DNA of 64,000 nucleotides from Schmidtea nova (Eukaryota). Of this stretch, positions 40,331 to 53,091 are shown one piece after another (positions within the stretch are counted from its first letter, which is position 1; each line of letters opens with the position of its first letter). Location: NCBI GenBank assembly GCA_044892505.1, contig CM097883.1, forward strand, positions 423,956,001 through 424,020,000, given 5' to 3'. Made by a program: the position numbers and the translations under genes. The notes under the pieces are model-generated. The model searched no databases. It worked only from the letters and a program-made list of their open reading frames with translations, and was not told the DNA's origin.

Positions 40331-41340
40331 AAAATTTAGGTACTTTCCGGTTATTTCGACCTCATCAAAAAATGAACAATTTCAATTTTAAAAATCTTTT
40401 TAAACATATTTAGGCAATAAACAACAGAATAATNNNNNNNNNNNNNNNNNNNNNNNNNNNNNNNNNNNNNNNNNNNNNNNNNNNNNNNNNNNNNNNNNNN
40501 NNNNNNNNNNNNNNNNNNNNNNNNNNNNNNNNNNNNNNNNNNNNNNNNNNNNNNNNNNNNNNNNNNNNNNNNNNNNNNNNNNNNNNNNNNNNNNNNNNNN
40601 NNNNNNNNNNNNNNNNNNNNNNNNNNNNNNNNNNNNNNNNNNNNNNNNNNNNNNNNNNNNNNNNNNNNNNNNNNNNNNNNNNNNNNNNNNNNNNNNNNNN
40701 NNNNNNNNNNNNNNNNNNNNNNNNNNNNNNNNNNNNNNNNNNNNNNNNNNNNNNNNNNNNNNNNNNNNNNNNNNNNNNNNNNNNNNNNNNNNNNNNNNNN
40801 NNNNNNNNNNNNNNNNNNNNNNNNNNNNNNNNNNNNNNNNNNNNNNNNNNNNNNNNNNNNNNNNNNNNNNNNNNNNNNNNNNNNNNNNNNNNNNNNNNNN
40901 NNNNNNNNNNNNNNNNNNNNNNNNNNNNNNNNNNNNNNNNNNNNTTTCAAAATTAATCAAATTTAATTAATTCACTACTATTCCTGTATTATTTTATTTT
41001 ATTTAATTGAATGCATTGATATTATAATTTATTAATAATAAGAAGAAAAATAAGAATANNNNNNNNNNNNNNNNNNNNNNNNNNNNNNNNNNNNNNNNNN
41101 NNNNNNNNNNNNNNNNNNNNNNNNNNNNNNNNNNNNNNNNNNNNNNNNNNNNNNNNNNNNNNNNNNNNNNNNNNNNNNNNNNNNNNNNNNNNNNATTAAT
41201 AATTAAAATAATAATAATAAATAATAAAAATAAAAATAATTATTCTGTTGTTTATTGCCTAAATTGGTTTAAAAAGATTTTTAAAATTGAAATTGTTCAT
41301 TTTTTGATGATATCGAGTTAACCGTAAACTACCAAAATTT
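40331..41340. mobile_element. TIR element with ~100-bp inverted arms and a mostly masked interior
   Basis: 40331-40433 is the reverse complement, with few mismatches, of ~41238-41340. Confidence 0.7.
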
Positions 41341-41615
41341 ATTATCATTATTATCTTTCGGTTTCACCTTTGATATCTCTTTTTTATATCAATAATTTTC
41401 ATAGTTGTATGATTATAAATCAAAATGTTTTTTTGAGTTTTTGGTTTTTAAGTACACGATATTTCGGCAAAGCCTTTATCAAGTGTGTATACAAGTATGA
41501 ACAAGTGTGAAATACATACGTGATAAAGAATGTGCCAAAATATCTTGTACTTAATAAACGAAAAAACTAAAGAAAATTGATTTATATTCATACAATTATG
41601 AAAATTATTGATATA
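41341..41615. mobile_element. Older subfamily copy of the foldback element (imperfect palindrome)
   Basis: cacctttgata...gatatttcggcaaagcctttatcaagtgtgtat / atacatacgtgataaagaatgtgccaaaatatc. Small remnants also occur at 22151-22170 and 27160-27213. Confidence 0.7.
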
Positions 41616-41689
41616 AAATTTATTAATTTTACCTACTGTAGATTTTCGATATTTTTATTTCAATACATAATGTAGCATTTTTCATCATT

Positions 41690-42596
41690 GAAGATTGAAA
41701 CGACTTTTTTCGTATTTCCTAACAACAGTTTTCTATTTTATGTCTGAATTCATCCCCAGTATTGACGGATATGGCGTACACTATACTCATCAAATGTCCA
41801 CACAAATAAAAATCCCACGCATTTAAATCCTTTGATCAAAATGACCATGCAACATATCCGCCACGTCCCATCTATTTTCTTTTAAAACGTTTGTTTTAAT
41901 AAATTTTAACACTCTTCACAAAATGGAAATGAGAACATCATGTCTGAACCACATATGTTGTAAATGGATAAATGAAATATCTTTCAGGTAATCCATTTGT
42001 GAGAAAATGAAAAAAGGCTTCTCCTGACACTTTATTAGGCTATATATAAGATAATCCGAAAGCATTTCATTCTAAACATTAATAGAAAAGCAATGCTGGT
42101 GTCTCGATGATGTAGCTTTATGAGGATAATCATATGACCAAATATGAATTTTGTAGCCACTATTGTGGCCGTCCCTAGTGAAAGATGATTCATCGGTAAA
42201 TAATATTTTAGATTAAAACTGTCGATCTGAGGTGCAACAATTAATTAGGCAAAACGTAACTCCTGATTTATAATCAAAGGACATAACTGCTTAAAAACGT
42301 TGAAAAAGAGCATGGATGTCAATCGCTGGTGTAAAATGTTTCAAAAGATGCGATGACATCTCATAAAAATCCTTTGGCATGATGTTTCACGATTTCCTTC
42401 AATCATTCGTAAAATGATTTTCTTTAATTCATGTTTTCTAACGAGTCGTGCTCTGCCACAGTCAATCGAATTGGGTTCTAATTTCAGAGCATCACATAAA
42501 CATTTATGGATTTTTCTAGACTCTTTTCATATAATCATCTTACTTCAGTAGCATTGTCATTCGCTTTGCCGTATATGAAATGAATGCCTGCCATTT
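41690..42596 (-). mobile_element. Decayed Tc1/mariner (Tc3-like) transposase
   Basis: Fragments MAGIHFIYGKANDNATEVR, TDESSFTRDG (first D), QHMWFRHD (second D) and MGRGGYVAWSF*SKDLNAWDFYLCGHLMSIVYA (SPDL-like third D region), with many stops. TIRs were not identified. Confidence 0.8.
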
Positions 42597-45500
42597 TAAA
42601 ATTAGAAAAACACTTATATTTATAATTATAAAAAGTATAATAATATAAATAATAATAATAATAAATTATTTTACAAATATTCAAAGAAACTATTTTCAGT
42701 ATTTTTTTTAAAGTATTTGTATAAATCAAACTTTGTGGGATATAATTTTAGAAGGAAGGATTTTCAGGTCTCTTTTCTATTGAACATTATGCATGTTCCA
42801 ATGAGTACTACACATACCTAAAATTTGGTATTGACTTCTTTCAACTCCTTGTNNNNNNNNNNNNNNNNNNNNNNNNNNNNNNNNNNNNNNNNNNNNNNNN
42901 NNNNNNNNNNNNNNNNNNNNNNNNNNNNNNNNNNNNNNNNNNNNNNNNNNNNNNNNNNNNNNNNNNNNNNNNNNNNNNNNNNNNNNNNNNNNNNNNNNNN
43001 NNNNNNNNNNNNNNNNNNNNNNNNNNNNNNNNNNNNNNNNNNNNNNNNNNNNNNNNNNNNNNNNNNNNNNNNNNNNNNNNNNNNNNNNNNNNNNNNNNNN
43101 NNNNNNNNNNNNNNNNNNNNNNNNNNNNNNNNNNNNNNNNNNNNNNNNNNNNNNNNNNNNNNNNNNNNNNNNNNNNNNNNNNNNNNNNNNNNNNNNNNNN
43201 NNNNNNNNNNNNNNNNNNNNNNNNNNNNNNNNNNNNNNNNNNNNNNNNNNNNNNNNNNNNNNNNNNNNNNNNNNNNNTTGTTGTTAATAATGAAGAGAAA
43301 TTATTTTACAAATATTTAAATTTATTTCATGTACCGAAGGACATGTTTCGTAAAATTGTTTATACCATCCATCGAACGATGCCATTTATAATAGTATTTG
43401 TGATTTTAAATCACAAATACCTCATGATCTATTATACACCAAGAAAATAATTCTATTATCTATCGATACAAACGAGCAAATACAATAACAAACAATGAAA
43501 GAATTGTTTACCTACTGTACAGGATGTTGACCAGCGTCAGCTGAGCATGTGAGAGTGAAAATGTTATTAGTCGATGGTGGTTATAATGATGACTGTTTTA
43601 GTGAATTCCAGCGTATTCAAACAAAATTGAAAATTGATGTATGATATTCTAGTCGGTTTAGATAATAAATAATCGACAAATTACTCGAATAATGAAAAAA
43701 AATGGAAAAAAATAATCAATTTCTATTAGTGTCGTATTTTTCATTCACAATATATTGATCCTCACTCAGAATTACTGGAGATTTGGTGCTCTGTGATAAG
43801 CCGATTAAAATACCGATAATGGGATAGATATTAATCTACATTTTCCTCGATATAATAATATCATTTGACTGCTCAGTTTTCAACTAGCTCTGTAATAATA
43901 TTCAAATGAGAGAGTGGCCAACGATTTGCAACCACATCATTAGCAGTTCGCCTCTCATAATTGCCAAGCTCAAATATTATGCTGAGTGGCATTGTGAAGG
44001 TTAACGGATTTTTTCTTCTTTTTTTAAAGAAAAAAAACAATAAGCGATTCTTACACTTATTTCTAGCTTGAAGCTATTGCTTTGTTTCAATTGTCATCGT
44101 TTAAATAATTAACCTTTTTGTATTTCAGAGAAAATAACTTGTTTTCGATATTTATTTTACGAATTTTATTCATAATTAAAACAAAACGTCGAAATTAATT
44201 TTTAATGTTATTCCAAAAAATTCACTGAGTATTTTGAATTATTTTTAGTTAATATTATAGAATGATCCAAAAATAAATCCAGCGAAAAAAAATCAAAACT
44301 TTTATTATTAAATTGGAATGTCTTTTGTTTTTTATTTGTTTTTTGACAGTGACTTGCATTAAAATTTTAAGCATCTTTGTCTACTAATTATTATTATAAA
44401 TAATGTTATTTATTTATTATTATTTATTATTATGATTATTGTTATTATTATGATTATTATACAAATTATTATNNNNNNNNNNNNNNNNNNNNNNNNNNNN
44501 NNNNNNNNNNNNNNNNNNNNNNNNNNNNNNNNNNNNNNNNNNNNNNNNNNNNNNNNNNNNNNNNNNNNNNNNNNNNNNNNNNNNNNNNNNNNNNNNNNNN
44601 NNNNNNNNNNNNNNNNNNAGTTATAAAGTTCTATTTCATTTCATAACCAATCAGTATTTATAATTAGGATATTAGACTGGTATGTAATCATGATCATAAG
44701 GCTTGATATGGGGCTTGATTTATCGAAGGTTCACAAATGCAACAACAAACACATTCATACATCAAGCAATCAATTAATTTATTTATAAAGTACTTATGCC
44801 CCCTCGCTTTAAAGGGCTTTAGTAATTCGGAGGTATCTATCATCTCATAACTTTTTTCGTGTATTTTCTTAATTATTTCCATTATGCCTTTGTATCGTTT
44901 ATCTTAACTAATTCTTTATCTCCTAAATTGAAGGCTCTATTCACTGCATTTTAGGTTGTCGTACTTATTTGTGTCATTATGTTCTTTTAGTTTTCTTTAT
45001 CTATATTTTGCTGTTTTTCTCCTTTCAATGTTTATTTATACGCTTGCCTGATACAATCTCTACTGGAGCCTATTTCGTATTCTTTTGAACTGTCGCATTT
45101 CATGCATGTTCTATCTGTGGGAGTGCATCTTCACAAGATTTATACAAATTATCATTAATACTTCACGGAATCCAATCTATTATTGTTCGTAATTCACTTT
45201 CTACCTGACCGTTTGTTTGATGGCGAGAAAGACTTGAGAAAGTTAGATTGATATAGCGTCCTAAGACTAGAAACAGTTTCCTCCATCTATATAATTTGTA
45301 AAAATTTTTTTTTAAATAATTAGTAAATAATTAGTAAATTAATTTGTACTATAATTTGTATTGTATCACATTTAGTCAATTATATTTTACATAATGTTGT
45401 TATATTTACTGAATTGGTTTATAATTGTCATAATATATCTCTGCACGTAATGCCACTTTGAGAGGTCTTCAAAAAACAATAAAAATATTTTCAACTGGCT

Positions 45501-47531
45501 CGTTGGCCGATAGATTGTAAACTAATTTTTACGTTTTCCACGTTTGTTTTTTTGTTTTTTATATTTTTTTTATCTACAAAAATAATAAAATATATTTTTT
45601 ATATAATCATATTTGGCTTTTCAATGCCAGCATGACAAAATTCTTTATGAATTTCTTCTATAAAGACATCACTTTTCTTTAAAGAAAGAAAATTGTCACT
45701 TAATGAATATTTACTGCTTCCCTGATATTATTGTGATTTTTATCTTTCCAATTTCATCATCCTTAACTTGTCCCCCTAAAAATACCTTCATTAATCGTCA
45801 TTGCAAAAAGTCAAGTTCGCATCTTCTCACTGTCTAATATCCATTCTAGATGAAGCGTCAGCATTTTTATGTAATTCTCCTTGGTGATATTCTAACTTCA
45901 TATAATGGCCATTCGGGAACTTGATCCAATTTTGAAACTTTTGGTTTCTTTGTTGGTAACATAAATGTTAAAGCTTTTTGATCAGTTCACAATGTGAAAA
46001 TTCCTTCATAAAGGTAATGCTTGAAATGCTGTGTGAAGTAAAATAGTGATAGCGATTCCTTTATTGTTATACAATAACCAACTTCATGAGTATTTAAACT
46101 TTTAAAGCCATTTGCTCATATTTAAAAAAAGTTTCCGGTATTAGGCGACACCGATGGTGTCAAAGCTTGCATCAGTGTCAAATATGAGTTCTTTCCCAAA
46201 ATCCGGATGTGCTAATATTGGTGTATTAACCATTTGGAATTTAAGTTTGTTAAAGATATTTATGTATTCCTCAGATCATTGAAATTCTCTTTAGTAGTTC
46301 TAATTAACTTTTCTAGCGATCGAGAAATAGTTGAATAATTTTTTTTAAAGTTTTCGGTAATAGTTAATTCATCCAAGAAAACTACGAAAAATATTTAACG
46401 CAACGAGAAGTTTGGAAATCATTCATTGTACATGTACTTCATAGTTTTAAAACCTTCTCGGTTTAAGGCATGTCCATGAAATTTTAATTCTGTAACAAAA
46501 ATTGGGATTTTTTTAAATTAATTTTTAAACAAGAATAATTTTTCCATGATGTGTTTATGATCGTCAAATGTTTTTGAAAAAATAAAAATGTCATCCAAGT
46601 ATACTAAAGCTTCTTTCCATATCAAGTTGATGAGGTTGTTGTTATGCCAAATGGCATTCTATTTAACCAATATTGTTCATATTTAGTTTAAAACCCGTTT
46701 ACTTTGAATCCTCTCCAAGTTCGTTTGGTTAATAGGCATTTCCGAGAACTAAAGTTCACTGACTCATATAGAGAGTAGCGTTTCATCAACAATCTTAATT
46801 GAAAATTCCCAGTTTTCAGTGCTTTTATTAAATGATCTCAAGTGCAAACACATACGAATATTATTTGTATTTTTCTTTGCTTCACACACACACACAATTG
46901 GTGAATTCCAAGGAGATTCACATTTCTTTATAATTTAATTCTTTTCTATTATTTCAATAATTTCTATTATTTCCTTAAGCTTATTTTCATTATGGATTTG
47001 CTGTCTTCTCGGTTCAAGTTTTATATGGCTACAATTAGTTTGTATTTTGTGCTTTCAAATATCAGTTAGTCCAGTGTTCCTTTTTATTTAACATAGAAAT
47101 ATATTTTTTTATTTCGACTAAACTATGTGATGAAGAAAGGCATTTCATTTTAATAGGATTTTCAATTTCTTTTTTATCATTTAATTTTTTTCCAAGCATC
47201 CCTTCTACACTCATTAAGCATTTATTATTTCTGATTGTATCATGTTTCATGTTTTCATTAATCCCCTTAATTTTATATTTATTTCATTTAATATATCAAT
47301 GCCTAAAATGCTTTCTGGGTAAATTTCATTTACCATGAAAAAAATTTGCAACAATAATTTGTCATATTTGAGTTCTATATTACTATATTGTATTGAAAAC
47401 TAAGTTCCCACCACTTTTTAAAAATTTTTAAAAGTTTATTTTAAATAAAAATTAACAACTAATTAATCCATAGCACAACAAACATGGCACTTAAATAATT
47501 AAAAACAAACGCAAATCCAAATATATGTCCT

Positions 47532-47572
47532 ATACAATATATTTCGAGAACTTCATTCTCATCATCAGGTGT
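47532..47572 (-). ncRNA. Hammerhead motif with intact core, inside the gypsy element
   Basis: acac-CTGATGA-t-GAGAA tgaag TTCTC-GAAA-tata-TT-gtat: perfect 5-bp stem II, weak stem I. Confidence 0.65.
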
Positions 47573-48117
47573 TATTCATTCCTCCATTCCAATATTAATC
47601 AAATAAATTGATTTTCAAACAAATTAATAATATTTAAAAAAAAATAAAACTTTCATTTCATTTTGATGATTCTAACTTTTTTAGGATGAATTTTATTTAT
47701 TTTCTTGGGGTAGTGTCGATCTGTTCTTCTTTTTCAGCTTTTTCATCTTCTTTTTTCAGCTTTGCTTTAATTAAATCTTCTGTTTTTTCCTAACCGTTGT
47801 TGTTCTCTCGTGGCTTCTACACAATCCAAGGAATATTTTAACAAAAATTCTAGTAATCTTCAGTCTCATTACCCTTTCAACGTACTTCTCGACTATCTTA
47901 ACATATTCACCCACAGTTACATTTATTTTTCTATAGATCTAATCAGTTTACAAATCTTCATCTAGATTTGTTTTGGTTTCGAAAGCTTTTCTTAATCTTT
48001 CGTCTAAATTGTTTTTGAAAGGTGCTTCGTTTCTATAGATATGCTCCGAAAACGATATTCCTTGTTGCTTATCCAGTTTTTATCCATTGTTTATTAGTAG
48101 AATAAATTCTTGACTGA

Positions 48118-48129
48118 TCGTGGTCGCCA
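48118..48129 (-). promoter_or_regulatory. Primer-binding site of the gypsy element, probably tRNA-Arg(TCG)
   Basis: TGGCGACCACGA immediately after the 5' LTR; complementary to a tRNA 3' end ...TCGTGGTCGCCA. The tRNA identity is from memory. Confidence 0.65.
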
Positions 48130-49268
48130 TTTTATAAAAGATAAAATTCAGTAATAAAATTCTATTTCATTAAATCACAAGTCAGTACTTGTATCTAGGA
48201 TATTAGAGACTGTTATGTTATCATTATTATGAAATATGATAATTGATTCATCAAAGGTTCATGCATGAAATACACATTTATAAATCAAGAAAATTATTAA
48301 TTTAATTATCAATTACATTTAATAATTATTATTTTGAAGTGTATTGTTTTTTCATTAACAGAGTTGATTAAAGTATAACTACAGGGTAAAGGTGTTAAGC
48401 CTTTCTCCTCAATTTTTTTCGATCTTAAAAAGATCCTGATTTTAATTTTTTTATTAATTTTAAATAAAGGAGAACATTTTAAAAAATAAAAAATAATCCA
48501 TATAAAATAAAATTTGTTTTAATAAATTGTTCTTTTTTAAATACTGCTATTTATAATTGAGCAGTATCGCAATTGCTTGTCCAAGTTTTTAATACAGTAA
48601 TCCTTTTGTCTGTCTAATATCAGGAATCTAACCCAATAATTTCATACAAAGCAGGGTTCAAAGTGTGCGCTTTCGGTTTGCATGCTGTTTTTGTAGAACA
48701 TATCTACCGCACAGTTGGAGTGATTACTCTATCTCGAAAATAAATCTTATTTTAAAATTAAAAATTTTATACAGCTTTTTCGAAGACGAGGTTTTAATCT
48801 GGCCCAAATTGTAATTATAAAATATATTGTTTTGCCGTTTATTAAATTATTATCATAATTATAAGTATTATAATTAATTTGATTTGCATTAAAATTTACA
48901 ATTTAAATTATTTTTCAAAATAATTATTTTTGTTAATAAACAATTTTTTTTTCAGAATTTTTATTTTAGTCATTGAAGATTTTAATAGTTCTAGAAAACC
49001 CTGCAATTCAGTTTTGTAATTTGATTTGTTTAGTTAATGATAATTATTACTTTGTGGCACGACTAGAAATGTCTGGAATGGATTTTCTTCACACTATAGT
49101 GAGACGTTGAAATAATCAGCTATCTTATAATTAAATGAAATATGTTGATTCAATATCTCTATTATGTGATTTACAATTATTTTTGCCATAAATGTTGGAA
49201 ATCGGTTTTTTGGTCAGTCTTTCAGTTTGGAAAAATGAAAAAAATTGATGATAGTAATAATAATTATG

Positions 49269-49326
<58 letters not shown>

Positions 49327-49713
49327 AATTAATAATACGTAATAATAAAAAATAATAATGACAATAATAACAATAAAAATAATTAAGAATATTGTTTTGT
49401 CGTTAGTTTAATAAAATATATTAATAAAATAAAAAGTTAAGTCTTCCTCCGCAATGTGTTTTAATTTTATATGTAATTTTTATTTTTGAAAAATATTTTT
49501 CATGAAATATTTGTAATTTTTTGAAGATTAAAAATATTTTAATTTGTAAAAAAATTTTAATTTAATTTTTATCGAGATTAAGTCTTAATTTTTTAAAGTA
49601 ATTTTCATTAAATCAGAATTCAGGAGAAAAAAATTAATTAGAAAGAAAAGTTGGATTGGAATCAATTGGAAAGAATTTCGTATTAGAAAGATCAGGATAT
49701 TTTTAAGATCGAA

Positions 49714-49799
<86 letters not shown>
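49714..49799. repeat. (ATT)n/(TAA)n microsatellite; similar runs near 15340, 21045, 29110 and 49270
   Basis: Directly visible. Confidence 0.97.
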
Positions 49800-49801
<2 letters not shown>

Positions 49802-50659
49802 ACAAAAATTAATAATATAATTATAAATTACTTTTTTGCGGTTTAAATGAATATGAATAATAATTANNNNNNNNNNNNNNNNNNNNNNNNNNNNNNNNNN
49901 NNNNNNNNNNNNNNNNNNNNNNNNNNNNNNNNNNNNNNNNNNNNNNNNNNNNNNNNNNNNNNNNNNNNNNNNNNNNNNNNNNNNNNNNNNNNNNNNNNNN
50001 NNNNNNNNNNNNNNNNNNNNNNNNNNNNNNNNNNNNNNNNNNNNAATAATAATTAAATTATAAATCAATAATGACTTTGTATTAGTTAACATTAACAAAA
50101 CAAAAACTGGGATTAATTTTCAAATTAATAATTGAATTTGCATAGAAATTTCTAAAATAAAACGAAAATTTTGTAATATTTCTTTCATTGAAGATTTGAC
50201 ACAAAAGACGTAATTACTTGGAAAAGAGGATTAGATAGAATCATTGTCAATGCTAATTAAAATAATTGAATTAATTAACCATTCAAGCTAATAATTTGAA
50301 TTTAATAGGTGCTTATTAATGCAATTTCTATTCTGAAATTTGGACTGTTCTGGGTCAATTAAAAATTTCCTTATTTTTTATTTGAGGGGAATAAAATAAA
50401 TTATGAAATTCATGTGAGGATTGTTTTAATTGTCACTCTTTTTTAGTGATCTCGTGCACAAACGTTTAGAAAAGATATTTATGTGACAGATTTTGTTGTT
50501 TTGTTTTTGAAATTTTGTGAAAAAGTATAGTTTAATTATTTCTTAATTACGTCGCTTGTTAGAGTTGTAAGTAGTGCAAGATAAATTTATTAGTGTCCTA
50601 TCAAAATTAATTTAATGAAAATAGGAAATTGGAGAAAAGTAATTTTTTCAGTGATAACA

Positions 50660-50740
<81 letters not shown>

Positions 50741-51200
50741 ATTCAGTAATTTAATTTAAAAAAAATAATCTTTATCTTTTAAAATAAAATTGTTAAATTT
50801 TTTATAAATTAAACTAAGACAGATTAATTAAATAATCCTTTCGAATAACATTAAGATAATTGTAAATAAATGATTAAAATAAATAAAAATTAAAGGGCTG
50901 ATTACATTAACATCAATATAATGGCCACCATAAGCTGAGAGTACAGCTAGATCTAGCAGAATTATTTTGGAATGTCATCAAATTTACTATTGGTAAGGAC
51001 GAGCAGTCCTTCAATATAAGAAATTTCTCAAAATATTTAATTAATACTAAACAAAACCTACATGTAAATCAGTCAATGTCACCATAAAAGTAAAAATTTA
51101 TTACTCGAGTTCTAACAATAAAATAGCGGAGTTTTTCAACAAAAGAACTTTTATTTACAGGGATATTCACAATTATAAAGTGATTATGCAAAATTATAAA

Positions 51201-51624
51201 CTTTATATTTATATTATAAATTTTATATTCAAATTATAAAATTGATATGTGAAATCATAAATTTCTTATCCAAAATTATAAGTTTTTTATTCTAGATTAT
51301 AAATTTTATATTCAAAATTATAAATTGATTAGAATAAAGTAATTTATAAAATTTGATTAAATTTGAAAACTATAGAAATAAAGGATATGGAAACAAATTC
51401 AAGACCTGCAAATTTTAATGATGAATTGCCAAATCAAACAAGAAAGCAACGAACGCAAATAAATTTCGAAAAAATAAATACACTTACTTTATTCTAATCA
51501 ATTTATAATTTTGAATATAAAATTTATAATCTAGAATAAAAAACTTATAATTTTGGATAAGAAATATATGATTTCACATATCAATTTTATAATTTGACTA
51601 TAAAATTTATAATATAAATATAAA
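51201..51624. mobile_element. MITE-like element with ~140-bp inverted arms
   Basis: Arms 51201-51340 and 51486-51624 are near identical. Each arm contains an internal duplicated attataaattttatattcaaa unit; spacer 145 bp. Confidence 0.75.
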
Positions 51625-51641
51625 AACACGAAATTGCCAAA

Positions 51642-51690
51642 CAATAGAAATATATTTCAAGGACATAGTCCTCATCATCAGTCTGCCATC
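51642..51690 (-). ncRNA. Hammerhead motif with intact core next to a PLE remnant
   Basis: gatggcaga-CTGATGA-t-GAGGAC tat GTCCTT-GAAA-tata-TT-tctattg. Confidence 0.68.
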
Positions 51691-51769
51691 ATAATCTAAA
51701 TCAAATGCTATATACGGAAACAGTAATGATGTAATGGCTATGATTTAATGAGTTAATTAAATAATCTCA

Positions 51770-51935
51770 ATAAATTCGTTGCTGATCAAATATTAATTGT
51801 AGGGGATTGTGATTTAAAACTGATTTAAAAGATTTTTAAATTATATTAAAAAACTTTAACAATAAATGGGAAAGAATTTTATGTGAGGCGTTGGTGATTA
51901 AATCACAATCCACTACAATTAATATATATTGAAGA
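51770..51935 (+). mobile_element. Penelope-like GIY-YIG C-terminal remnant
   Basis: NKWERILCEALVIKSQSTTIN resembles NYWE*VTCEALLIRYFNPKIN at ~24340, and the nucleotide context is similar to 24230-24410. Confidence 0.55.
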
Positions 51936-52561
51936 TAAAATGTTGGGGTATTATAATGTTTTGTAATGTTATATTTAATACGTATCTATTATGTCTATCA
52001 AATGTTTCATGGTAATAGGTTGCGATATTTAAGTGTTGTTAGGAGATCTGTAGAGCCCAGCTGAGTCACCGGTAAAAGAAACTGTCTTGGGACAGCTGGG
52101 GTGCGTGTTATGTATTTGTGTGTGTGCTTGTGTATGTTTACAACCAACAACAATAAACTAACAAATTTAAATAATCAACTTTATTAAACAAAAAAGATAA
52201 AATTAACACTACTCACTATACTTGTGCAAAAGGTTTTCTTGATCTCCTTAATTCCCGTTTCTGAAAATATTTTCCTTAATCATTTCATTATTTTCCATAG
52301 ATTATTATTTTTCCAAATTTGGTTGATTGCTTGTAGCTCCTTAATTTCTTTTAAATTATTTGTTTTTTTTTAATCAATTTGCTTTATTGCTTTTTTTTAA
52401 TTTTCCCTAACTATTATTATTATTTTTAATTATTTTTAATCTAAGCCATCTACATGATAAATAAAAATAGGGGAGTACAATGCCTTCACAACAACAGTAA
52501 CAGATAATGATCATGATAATTACAACAATAATAATAAAAATAACGACAAAGTATAACCTTT

Positions 52562-52639
<78 letters not shown>

Positions 52640-53039
52640 TAAATGAAACAAAAAATTAATGATTCTTCTTTGTAAAATGAAATGAATTTAAAAATTCCCA
52701 GAACAAAAATAGATATTCGAAAATCAGTGAACCGTGCAAGTTGAGTATGAAATATGTGAGAATATATACGAATGGTTGATGATTCACTAACAAAGGGTAA
52801 AATCAAGATATTAGAATCTAATATATCATTTTCCTGTATGTTTTATAATTATTCAGGAAGACTAATGTCTGGAGTAATCTTTTGTCCATTATTTCATGTA
52901 AAACTAATTTGATTTTACTCAAATTTTTGTTTGAATACACATAACATTTTACAGAAAAATACCCTAACATCACAATCTAACTTCATAATTGTATTTCAAA
53001 AGAAAAATAATATTAGTAATTTCAACATTGACAACAAAG

Positions 53040-53091
<52 letters not shown>

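Larger units (their letters stand above)
44619..48317 (-). mobile_element. Degenerate, internally deleted Ty3/gypsy LTR retrotransposon with both LTRs
   Basis: Minus-strand fragments in gypsy order: protease (PESILGID), RT (RMPFG; ALVYLDDIFIFSKTFDDH), RNase H (LAHPDLGKELIFDTDAS; LEYHQGELHKNADASSR) and integrase (HQTNGQVES; LPQIEHA). Diverged LTRs at ~44619-44797 and ~48131-48317; PPT-like aaagcgaggggg next to the 3' LTR. Confidence 0.88.
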
